A DNA stretch of 64,000 nt from Phoronis australis (Eukaryota > Animalia > Phoronida), in contig NMRA01000159.1 of the NCBI GenBank assembly GCA_002633005.1, forward strand, positions 175,633 to 239,632, read 5' to 3'. Shown here in pieces: positions 1 through 10,587 of the stretch. The notes under the pieces were generated by a model. That model saw only the letters and a list, made by a program, of their open reading frames with translations, was not told the origin of the DNA and ran no database searches. Numbering within the stretch: the first letter of the stretch is position 1; every line of letters begins with the position of its first letter. Made by a program: the position numbers and the translations under genes.

Positions 1-2242
1 GAAAACTGAGACAGACGTTTCATATAATTAAGTTTTGTTCAAGATGTTACGATTGAGACCTGATTGCCCATTGAGTGTTATTTACACTGCTGCAATAAAA
101 CTACTTTTGGGAAAATGTGATGATCAAACCAGCTAACGACGTCGAGTCGAAACTGGCTGCCCGACACCTTCTCACTTCAAGCTCTATCAGTATCGTTCTC
201 AAGACGAAGACTTGAGAATAGACTCCTACGTCCCAGAGACAAATTAAAGGCGCAGAGCGTGTACTCCATTAACAGTTCAACACTTCTCCGTTCTTGCTCA
301 TCGATCAACTAAGCTACACGTTGGCAGATTTCAATGTCTGTACGCCATCTTGTTGAGGAGTCTTTCTGTTGTTCTTTCTCTGGAAATGCTTTACATCAAT
401 CCCGTCTTGTAGTGAAAATGATGTCAGAAAAAGACAATTTCCCCCAAGTACGAAATATCGTAGCACTCAGTTGACACCTCACAGTTGTGAACCTGCTGGG
501 GCCAATTACTGGAACTATTCACCCCTCTACTACATGAGTGGAATTCATTTGGACTGTTTACGATCGACATCAGCGCCTTGTTCCACAGCCCGACAAGTCA
601 GTAGAAGAGATGATCAACAAACGAGACAATGCATAAGGCAATGCACAGTTGTATGCACATAATGGTCATACTCAGTCTTTAGTATATATTTGAGTAAGAA
701 ATCTTGACTGAACAGTTCTTTCAAGAACGATTCATTGAACAGACGGCAGTTCTTCGTCAAGTAAAGATTCAAGTTTCAGTCTCAGTCTAGTCTTCAAGTT
801 TAGAGATTAGACCCTGGACCCTGAACTGTACAAACCTTGTTGTAAAAGAACGGCTGATTGAAGAATCGGTGAACAAACGACATTTTCTTTTAGGTGACGC
901 TCTGTTTCAAAGCAAGTATGCTGAATTCTAGAAATATATGAGATGAACTTTTGAGTCATTGTTCAGGTCATCGTGCCAACTAGGACATTGCCTGGTGGGT
1001 GTTATGTTGTTCTCTCGAGTCCAACTATTAAACAGGCTTCCCGACACCTCCTCGCTGCAAGCACTACAAAAGACAATTTAAGAGTGTAGTACGGCTCGCA
1101 GCAGGCAAAAATGCCCAGAGTGGTGATAAAACCAACGTCACCGATTTGAACCATACTATGCATTTTAGTTACCTTTGGTATGATAAACAAAACAGTAAAC
1201 TCCAATCTCATTTTACCTTGTTTAAGGGGAAGAAATCAGGGAGCCTCTATTTGGGGGTATACCATGCAATGAACTCACCGAATATGCCTTATTTGCACTG
1301 CACAATAAAAAATATCGGCGCACAAGATCATTATTTGGTTGTAATTTATAAATAAAGCAAGTCTTCGGCTTCACAAAGATGTTAAACAATACTCATTAAC
1401 TCTACCGCTAATTAAAAAATTTCAGGCATAAAGTATAGAGGGGTCAGAGGTTAACAAGGCATTGCAATTTCGCCACACTTTGAGCACGTATATCTCAGCT
1501 GTCACAACACTGATCAACACCAGACTTTTACACAAGACGTTTCTATCTTATTACTGTTGATTAATACAGTAAAATCTTCTGGCGCTGAGCATTTTATTAT
1601 AGGAATTGCAAGATTGCGACAACCACCTGAGTAGAAATTACCTTCAATACCGATACCTGTTTGGAACATTACAACACCAGTAAAGTGCATAGTTTTGATT
1701 CAAAAGTTGATTTATTAATATTTAGTTTAGTGTAATTAAGTCAGGTGCAATTGGTTAAGGTATTTTTCCTTTTTAATTAAAATTCCGCGTTTTTCGTGAA
1801 CCCAGTGTCCAACAACAGGTGTCACTTTAGTGGTGGCAAAATGGATGATCCTGACTTGCTGTGTTATTTGCTATTATGATGGAGTGTGATGAAGTGTGTG
1901 GAACCTCAAAACAATGTCCTCTGCACATGTGTGAAACCTTGATGCGGCATAAAGTGAGTACCAAACCACCACACCTACATACTGTGCGGCAACTGATTTT
2001 GGCGAGAGTCGGACAATTTATAAATGCGAAATGCGTGTTCACCGGACCCGTGTCACGCCTGTGTGACTGCGTCCAAGGCAAGGGCAAGACACCGGGCTCA
2101 TCTTGGAATTCTGTGGAAACCAGGTAGACTCTGCAAACACCCATTTCATTAGCGGTAGCTCGCGTGCCAAGCCTGAAGTGGGGATGCTGGTTGAAATGTC
2201 TAAAGTCAACTTACTTCCACAGGAACTCAACAGGTCAATGCA

Positions 2243-3086
2243 CATTGGCGGATTAAGGGGGGGGGCAGGGGGCCCGGCCCCCCCTCCTTGGCTACCGCAA
2301 AAAAATAAAACAGCAAGAGCGTAAGGAAATGTAGTTAAAATTATATGGATGAAACAAGATTTAAATGTGTGCAGTTTTAGTGTTTGGGGGGGGGGGAGGC
2401 TCAGATCCAATTTCAAGTGTCAAATTCGAAACACGGCGCATTCGTAACGACTGGCAGTAGCGCTGCGCACTACGACTCCGTTACCGTCGTCTGCTCCACT
2501 GAAAATGGAACCTGAGTGACAATGAAAAAACAGAAGCTGCTAGTAAGATGTGAATTTTAATCGAAGCCTTTGTGAATCACTCAGAAACTCGTAATTTTCT
2601 CTTTGTCAAGCCTTAACTTAACACGATTTCCAAAGCAATCCCGTCATTATTGCCAACACGAAAAACGGATTTGGTTTTTGGGCATTTGAAGACTATTTTA
2701 AATACAACAAATTTGTTAAGAACCGATTGCACAAAATATAAAACGTGTAATAAGCATTACAAAAAGAAGTAGGTTTCGCGCGCAAACGCTGTGGACCATA
2801 AACAAGTAGGTATCTTAGAATGAGATTAGTAGTAAAAATTGTGGTGGTGTAGTGGTAAAGCACGCGCGCACTAACCGCCAGGTCGTGAGTTCGAGTCTGT
2901 GGTACTTACTGTTTTTCTGTTTGACAGGTTCTCCGTGTTTTTTTTGTCTTTTTCTTGGATAATACTTCAGGAATCAAGGAAAATGCTTGATTTTTAGAGG
3001 AAAAAACAGAAAAATCTCCTAGGCGGGAGGGGAGCAAATCCGGACAAAATGTTGGCCCCCCTTGTGATATCCTAGATCCGCCACTG
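2243..3086 (-). mobile_element. Non-autonomous DNA transposon (MITE), CAGTGGCGGA-terminus family, copy 1
   Basis: Ends CATTGGCGGATTAAGGGG... and ...CCTAGATCCGCCACTG are imperfect inverted repeats; body aligns by eye with 12406-13101 and, inverted, with 25364-26370. No clear TSD at this copy. Confidence 0.8.
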
Positions 3087-5601
3087 TTGGCAATGGTACT
3101 GGTCATGTAATTGCAAAAAACTTCAGTGCTGTGGAAAATTACTAGTCTTTTACATTTCGCCTGTGTTGCCGAACACCCGACCAAACACAGCCGACTACGA
3201 TTAGCAGACGACGTACTTGCTGGAAGTAAAACATGCTGATTTTTATCCTCTGACACAGCGCCACCTATACTGAAAAGTAAAGTGGAAGCATGATGAGCGA
3301 CACACGGAATTCCGTGTATGGGTATCAATGCGCATGCTTGGTCGGAAATTTACCGATCACATCGCCACCACTTGCACACGCCTTCTATGCACTGTACTTG
3401 TTTAGGCTTAAGGCACTGGATCGGTGTTTCTTTTGTTTACTTCAATCACTGTGCCCGTTTTAATAAATTACAACTAATTAAGTCCGAGGTGGTCGCAAAA
3501 TTGCGAAACAGTAAACTGAAAGGGGTTTCCCAGATTTCAACCAGTGGGAACGACTGAGTGTTATGATGTCGGTTTCATTACTATAACCAATGAGAAGCCA
3601 TGTTAAACAACATTCCACAGTGCTACTTTTCGTAGCACCGTGAGAGAGTGTACTACGAGGTGTCGTTAGTAAATAATGACGTCACGGCTTATGCGTAAGA
3701 TCACACATATCGTTCATTGAAAATATACGGAGTTAGCGGTCCATGTACTATAGTCTGTGGTCTCAACAAGAGCCGTTTTCTGAGTTTCCTGAAGTTAAAA
3801 TTTGCCTTGTGTTTGGAAGTTTTTCCTTATACATGTATTTTGCCACTTTCTTGAGATTATTCTTATTTTACCTATCAGACTAGCTATCTGGCTTACTTTT
3901 TCCTTGGCGGTTAGGATATTAAACCGTGTGCCATAACACATTACAGCGTTCTTTCGTTCAGTAACTTTTCCAGACGTGAGGGGTGCTGAACGTGGGATAA
4001 CAGCTGGCTGTTTTGTTAACTGCCCAGCTCTGTCTTTTGTCCCGTATGATAACAAGCAGGCCAATTATCTCCCAGGCTTCAAAGGAAACGTATGGTGGTT
4101 GCACGCTATTACCGAACGCGATGAACACGGTCAAACCCAGTGCTTCCGTTTGGACAGAATAGATTGTCTTCACTTCTGTTGTAGTCGGGCAATTTTGGTG
4201 ATTCAAAAACGAAACATGATCACCATTTGACAAGAAATTCAGAAATTTTATTGATTTAAGCTCAAATATGTTATAACTTAACTTTCATTTTTGATAGCAC
4301 AGCCCAGTCAGGCTAGATACGATCTGATCGGAGATTAGAGCAAATATCGAACAAAAGAGCGCAGCCTCCCAACCATAAATGTCAGAATGGAGTCGTGTAA
4401 GATATTGGCTACGGGAGTAAACTTCCCAACTTGTTGTTTTGCTATAGAATTGAACAAGTTGGGAGCAACTGGATGTCGCCGTCTTGACGGCGAAATTAGA
4501 ATTACATAATAGATCGAAATGTGCTTAGGCATGTCGATATCGAAATCGTTTGCTCCTGCATCGAGTTCGATTATAATTCGATTAATCGTCCCACCGTTAT
4601 CAAAAGGCATTAGTTAATTTGAACAAGTCGATCGTTGCATGCGCCCCAGAATATGTTTAGCTAAAAAGCGTTGAAAGTGAAGTTCCATGGCCTACCGACT
4701 GGTGTATGAATTGAGTCAATTTCAAACCAAAGAAGAAATATTCAAGCTCTGATGGCATAATGTCATGACCCACCACCAGTTTCCGAACACTTTCTTGCTA
4801 TTTTCAGAAAATCACTTATTGTTGAATACCTGTCTTTGACTAAAGCGCAATGCTAAGCGGGTCAGGTGGTAATGGTACATTTGACATTGATTGCACTTGG
4901 TCAAAGAGCAATGATGAAAAAGTGACGCCTTGACAATTAACCTACAACGAATTTGATGAATATCAAACTCTGGTACCGATTTCACACGGAATCAAATAGG
5001 TTTGGTGTCGTTTTAACTCCATATCCTGAAGATTTTGGCGGAAATTAGTGACTTATATTTGCAGTTGTTCATTGGAAACTTCTTTACCTGTCGAGAAATT
5101 CAAACATTTATTGAATGAATCATTGCATAAGCATAATGGTGAATCCTTGCACGCATCGGAGCGGGAGGCTGGCCGTAGGCAATACAACAAAGGGCAAATA
5201 ACTCTCTGGAGACGGTTTGATCGAGAGAGCGGCGAAATATCTGGCTGAGTTGACGACACTTTTTTAGGAACCCCTTCCTGAGTTTGACCGTTCTGCCGTC
5301 TTAATTTTTGTCAACGTTAATGGCTATGACGTACAAAATTTGGTTGAGAGAACCAGTCATGCGGCAAACTACAGTGACCTCCACACAAAGTGTCCTTACT
5401 AACAGGAGTCAACACCATGCAGGCGAAATATGACTTCAAACAACGTAAAACCAAATGATCGCAAAATACTTGTATTTATGCTTAAAAACACAGAACTACA
5501 CTTCAAAATGTAAAAGTTCTGCAAATACTCCACGGCACATAAATTAGAATAATTATTCCCCCAACCGGTGCTTTAATTGTAGTAGAGTCCCAAGTGAACT
5601 C

Positions 5602-8600
5602 TCAGTCCTCTGGTGAGGGGGCGCAACACAAAAGGCGTCGCCACCAGGATAGTCTTTTCTCGTTGTTTGTTCGTGACGGAGACTTATTCTTACGATTTTT
5701 CTTTTGTTTCAGATACCCGTGATCGTCATCAGTATATTCTTTTCTCACGCTAACGCTTTCATTGTTGACAGAGGTGAGGTTGCCCATGCTGTCACCAGTA
5801 AAGTCATCGACACCTCCCTCGTTGCCATAAGAGGCATCGACAATGTCTCCATTGATAACGTCAGTTACAAGTCCGTAGTTGTCGTCTGTGCCACGATATT
5901 CCCGCACTTCATTCGTAAAAGAACTTCCAGATTCAGTTTCAATATTTGTATCGTGCCCTGTGTCACCATTTCCAAACAGAGTATCATGTCTTGGGACACC
6001 TCTACCTTGCGCAGTATCCTGCACAGGATCACCATTTCCATACGCAGTGTCATGTTCAGGGACAACATTTCCGTACGGAGTATTTTCGTTGAGATCACCT
6101 TGTTCATGTGGAATGCCGTTGTCATGATCGCCCTTGCCATACGGAGTATCTTGCTGGGTCTCACCGTTTTTATATGAAATGTCGTTGTCGGGGTCACCAT
6201 TTCTATACTGAGTATCACTGTGAAGACCGCTTTTTAAATACGGAGTATCATGCCATGGACCAATATTTCCTTTCGAAGTGTTAAGCTCAGGCTCACCATT
6301 ATCACATGGTGCCTCATGTATAGAATCACGGTTGTCGTGTGAAGCGTCGAACCCATAATCACTTCTTTCATATGTAATACCAGGTCTGAGATCAACCTCA
6401 TTACATGAATCGTCACGTTTGTCTTCATCATTTTCACCATGAGCATTGTTTCTGTCATTTACATTGAGAACAGCTTGTTCGTTTCCTTCGTCGCCACCTG
6501 CGCTATTTATCACCTGTCTAACAGTGCTATTTTTAATGTCACGAACGTACATGTCCATTCCATCGGTAACATCAGCAAGGCGTCCGTTCGTGCCCTCGGT
6601 GGCATCATGTATGCATCTTTCTCCGTTAGCAGTCGCGTCAGCAATGTGCTCAAGTCCTTGAACTGCAAGTATACCGTCTGTTTCCTCTTTATATTTCGCC
6701 TGCATGGCGCCAACCAAGTTGGCAATTTCACTGTTTGCATTGAAGTTGTTCTTCTGATTCAATGCGTTTTTGCTATCCACTGTAGCAGTAGGAACAATAC
6801 ATGGTTTGAGATTTGTTTCTGAATTGATGATTGCAGCTGCCGTAGTTTTCTGATGCCCTTGTGGTATTTCTGGGATGTCGTCGAGAATGTCTTCATTATA
6901 TTCACAGTGAACAGTTATGGTCTGTCCGTTTTCATCTACTTTAGTCAAAGTGATACTTGAATCTTCGTATTCTTCACTCAAGTCATCATCTTCAAAATCT
7001 CCCAGCATGACGGAAATTATTGCTGTTATAATGTCCAAGAGGTTCTCTGTGAAATCTACTATATGTCGCTTGATAATATTCACAAACGGTGATATATACG
7101 CCATTAGAAACATCATCAAGTCTGCTAATACCCTAATAGGTACTTTTACTGCCATATTCAAATATGAATTCTGACATCCTAGACCATCTTCTCCATACAG
7201 GGTATCATGTTCTGTGTCACCGTCTTTACACGGAATATCAATTAGTGTATCACCATTTCCACATGAAGTATCAAGTCTTGGATCACCTCTTCCACGCGAA
7301 GTATCCTTTACTGGATCACCATTATTATACACAGTGTCATTCTCAGGGACAACATTTCCATACCGAGTATCTTGCTGAGTCTGACTGTTTTTATATGAAA
7401 TGTCGTTGTCGGGATCACCATTTCTATACTGACTATAATTGTAACTATCTCCTTTTCGATACAGAGTATCATGCCATGGACCACTATTTCCTTTCGAAGT
7501 ATTATGCTCTGATTGACCATTATCACATGGTGCCTTAGGAATAGAAGCACGGTTGTCGTACGAAGTGTTGGACCCATGATCACTTCTTTCATATATAATA
7601 CCAGGTCTGAGATCGCCTTCATTATATAGATCGTCACGCTTGTCTTCATCATTTTCATCATGAACATTGTTTCTGCCATTTACATTGAGAACAGCTTGTT
7701 CGTTTCCTTCTTCGCCACCTGCACTATTTATCACCCGTCCAACAGTGCTATTTTTAATGTCACGTACGTATCTGTCCATTCCATTGGTAACATCAGTAAG
7801 GAGTCCGTTCGTGCCCCCGGTGGCATCAAGTATGCATCTTTCTCCGTTAGCAGTCGTGTCACCAATGTGTTCACCGTATTCATAAACAGTGTCATGGTCA
7901 AGGACAACATTGCCATACGGAGTATCTTGCTGGGTCTCACCGTTTTTACATGAAATGTCGTTGTCAGGATCACCATTTCTATGCTGACTATCAATGTATC
8001 TATCGCCCTTTCGATACGGATTATCATGCCATGAACCACTGTTTCCTTTCGAAGTATTATGGTCAGGGTCACCACTATCACATGGTGCCTCATGTATAGA
8101 AGCACGGTTGTCGTGTGAAGCGTCAGACCCATGATCACTTCTTTCATATATAATACCAGGTCTGGGATAACCCTCATTACATGGATCGTCACGCTTGTCT
8201 TCATCATTTTCATCATCAGCATTTTTTCTGTCATTTACATTGAAAATAGCTTGTTCGTTTCCTTCGTCGCCACCTGCGCTATTTATCACCCGTCCAACAG
8301 TGCTATTTTTAATGTCGCGTACGTACCTGTCCGTTCCATCGGTAACATCAGTGAGGCGGCCGTTCTTGCTCTCGGTGGCATCAAGTATGCATCTTTCTCC
8401 GTTAGCAGTCGCGTCAGCAATGCGTTCATCGTATTCATAAACAGTGTCATGCTCAAGGACAACATTGCCATACGGAGTATCTTGCTGGGTCTCACCGTTT
8501 TTACATGAAATGTCGTTGTCGGGATCACCATTTCTATGCTGACTATCAATGTAACTATCGCCCTTTCGATACGGAGCATCAAGCCATGAACCACTGTTTC

Positions 8601-9480
8601 CTTTCGAAGTATTAAAATCAGGGTCACCATTATCACATGGTGCATCATGTATAGAAGCACGGTTGTCGTGTGAAGCGCCAGACCCATAATCACTTCTTTC
8701 AATACCAGGTCTGAGATCACCCTCATTACATGAATCGTCACCCATGTCTTCATCATTTTCACCATGAGCATTGTTTCTGTCATTTATATTGAGAAAAGCT
8801 TGTTCGTTTCCTTCGTCGCCACCTGCGCTATTTATCACCCGTCCAACAGTGCTATTTTTAATGTCACGCGCGTACCTGTCCATTCCATCGGTAACATCAG
8901 TAAGGCGGCCGTTCGTGCCCTCGGTGGCATCAAGTATGCATCTTTCTCTGTTAGCAGTCGAGTCAGCAATGTGCTCCAGTCCTTGAACTGCAAGTATACC
9001 GTCTGTTTCCTCTTTATATTTTGCCTGAAGTTGCATCGCGCCAACCTCGTTGGCAATTTCACTGTTTTCATTTAAGTTGTTCTTCTGATTCAAAGTGCTT
9101 TTGCTATCCACTGTAGCAGTAGGAAAAATACATGGTTTGAGATTTGTTTCTGAATTGATGATTGCGGCTGCTGTAGTTTCCTGATGATCCTGTGGTATTT
9201 CTGACATGTCGTCGAGAATGTCTTCAATATATTCATAGTGAACCGTTTCTGTCTGCCCCTTTTCATCTACTTTAGTCAAAACGATACTTGAATCTTCATA
9301 TTCCTCGCTCAAGTCATCATCTTCAAAATCTCCCAGCGTGACGGAAATTATTTCTGTTGTAATGTCTAAGAGATTCTTTGTGATTGATAGTATATGTCGC
9401 TTGATAATATTCACAAACGCTGATATATACGCCATTAGAAAGACCATCAAGTCTACTAATACCCTGATGGGTACTGCCAT
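5602..9480 (-). CDS. Uncharacterised acidic (D/N/G/E-rich) internally repeated protein, about 1,292 aa, single ORF
   Basis: 3.9-kb uninterrupted ORF (track start 9486 is TTG; first ATG at 9480). Hydrophobic N-terminal segment repeated from a second ATG at 7155; repeat anchors at 7696, 8251 and 8800 (555 and 549 nt apart) plus a fourth at 6475; indels between copies keep the frame; basic/WWRRLLCC C-terminus. Confidence 0.8.
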   Translation of the reverse strand: MAVPIRVLVDLMVFLMAYISAFVNIIKRHILSITKNLLDITTEIISVTLGDFEDDDLSEEYEDSSIVLTKVDEKGQTETVHYEYIEDILDDMSEIPQDHQETTAAAIINSETNLKPCIFPTATVDSKSTLNQKNNLNENSEIANEVGAMQLQAKYKEETDGILAVQGLEHIADSTANRERCILDATEGTNGRLTDVTDGMDRYARDIKNSTVGRVINSAGGDEGNEQAFLNINDRNNAHGENDEDMGDDSCNEGDLRPGIERSDYGSGASHDNRASIHDAPCDNGDPDFNTSKGNSGSWLDAPYRKGDSYIDSQHRNGDPDNDISCKNGETQQDTPYGNVVLEHDTVYEYDERIADATANGERCILDATESKNGRLTDVTDGTDRYVRDIKNSTVGRVINSAGGDEGNEQAIFNVNDRKNADDENDEDKRDDPCNEGYPRPGIIYERSDHGSDASHDNRASIHEAPCDSGDPDHNTSKGNSGSWHDNPYRKGDRYIDSQHRNGDPDNDISCKNGETQQDTPYGNVVLDHDTVYEYGEHIGDTTANGERCILDATGGTNGLLTDVTNGMDRYVRDIKNSTVGRVINSAGGEEGNEQAVLNVNGRNNVHDENDEDKRDDLYNEGDLRPGIIYERSDHGSNTSYDNRASIPKAPCDNGQSEHNTSKGNSGPWHDTLYRKGDSYNYSQYRNGDPDNDISYKNSQTQQDTRYGNVVPENDTVYNNGDPVKDTSRGRGDPRLDTSCGNGDTLIDIPCKDGDTEHDTLYGEDGLGCQNSYLNMAVKVPIRVLADLMMFLMAYISPFVNIIKRHIVDFTENLLDIITAIISVMLGDFEDDDLSEEYEDSSITLTKVDENGQTITVHCEYNEDILDDIPEIPQGHQKTTAAAIINSETNLKPCIVPTATVDSKNALNQKNNFNANSEIANLVGAMQAKYKEETDGILAVQGLEHIADATANGERCIHDATEGTNGRLADVTDGMDMYVRDIKNSTVRQVINSAGGDEGNEQAVLNVNDRNNAHGENDEDKRDDSCNEVDLRPGITYERSDYGFDASHDNRDSIHEAPCDNGEPELNTSKGNIGPWHDTPYLKSGLHSDTQYRNGDPDNDISYKNGETQQDTPYGKGDHDNGIPHEQGDLNENTPYGNVVPEHDTAYGNGDPVQDTAQGRGVPRHDTLFGNGDTGHDTNIETESGSSFTNEVREYRGTDDNYGLVTDVINGDIVDASYGNEGGVDDFTGDSMGNLTSVNNESVSVRKEYTDDDHGYLKQKKNRKNKSPSRTNNEKRLSWWRRLLCCAPSPED

Positions 9481-9496
9481 ATTCAAATATGAATAA

Positions 9497-9521
9497 TGAC
9501 GTCATCAATACGTTGACGTCA
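9497..9521. promoter_or_regulatory. Two perfect CRE palindromes (TGACGTCA) just upstream of the repeat-protein ATG
   Basis: TGACGTCA at 9497-9504 and 9514-9521, 17-41 bp 5' of the minus-strand start codon. Function is inferred only. Confidence 0.4.
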
Positions 9522-10587
9522 CATACGCAATACACACTAATGAACTCGAGAGTGTGAAGCAATTTTGCGACAACGGCGAAATTTTATACTAGTAGACGTA
9601 ATGTTCAAAGAATCCACACTTTTAGTTTTAGGCGCTGTGTTTGGAAAATAAAGTGACTGCGCTTTTGACTGCATGCAAACAGCAACATATATAAGATAAT
9701 GATAAATTATGCATTCCGTTTCATGGCGATACAAAACCTTATACATTCTTAGGAAATTCACTCGGTTTGCCGTCCTTTGCATACCTTTAGGCAATAATTG
9801 TGCCAGCCTAAGTTGAATTCTGATCTATATCGTTATGGCAACTTTTAGATAATAACCTTTCGTGAAATGCAACATTTCACCCGTTTAGAACACGGAATTG
9901 AATAGTTTCATGAATCGAGAGAATATACTAAAATTTCTTAAAAAACAGTACTGCACGTGCTTGTTACTGGCAACTCACAGTGCTGAAAAAAATCCAGTAC
10001 CATTTAACATTCCGGCCAACCCGCGATCGAGAACGCCCGGAAGGCGATCGAGAACGAAATCTGGCGCCAGTAGCGAAGCCAGACAAGGTGTGTAAATTTG
10101 ATGAATTTTCGTTGCTTTTAGTTTCAACGTGAAAACAGAGACACGAGTTCAAGGCGTAACACATTGAGGAAGGACAGGTACAGGTTTGGCCATTGTCTGT
10201 TCCAATTATTGGAGAAAAGTTAAGTTAACCGATACCATTGCATGAGCGGAAGGTGATTTATACGTCATTTTGGCAAACTGCAGTCATTCTTGGCACTATA
10301 TCAATAAATTTGTCATGAATTTATGAAGAAGTGACGTCTGGAAATATAACGCAACGCTTGTTTTTCGTATTCTTGTCAGGATCTCTGAATTTCCAACAGT
10401 TTTCTGTTGAAAGAAGCGATCGAGAACGCAATGATAAGCAATCGGGAACGCATTGTGGTGTGTAGAACAATTATTAGCTTTTTATTTAGAAAACGTGAAG
10501 AAGGTTACAAAATAAGATTGGTGCATTTTGTGTCATTACTGTGTTACTGCCGTATCAAAACTAAACAACATAGCATATTACCATTAA

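Noticed and set aside
2841-2903. Functional tRNA gene
   Set aside because: A and B boxes are present but no convincing cloverleaf forms, and it is embedded in a multicopy MITE.
3795-4610. Cluster of 84-91-aa ORFs
   Set aside because: No recognisable motif, splice-consistent structure or homology that I can support.
7282-7290. RGD motif in the repeat protein
   Set aside because: Single occurrence in Gly-Asp-rich repeats; the equivalent position in copy B is RGV.
5704-9075. Many overlapping ORFs on both strands with repeated peptides
   Set aside because: Shadow frames of the repetitive 1,292-aa ORF; they repeat only because the DNA repeats.
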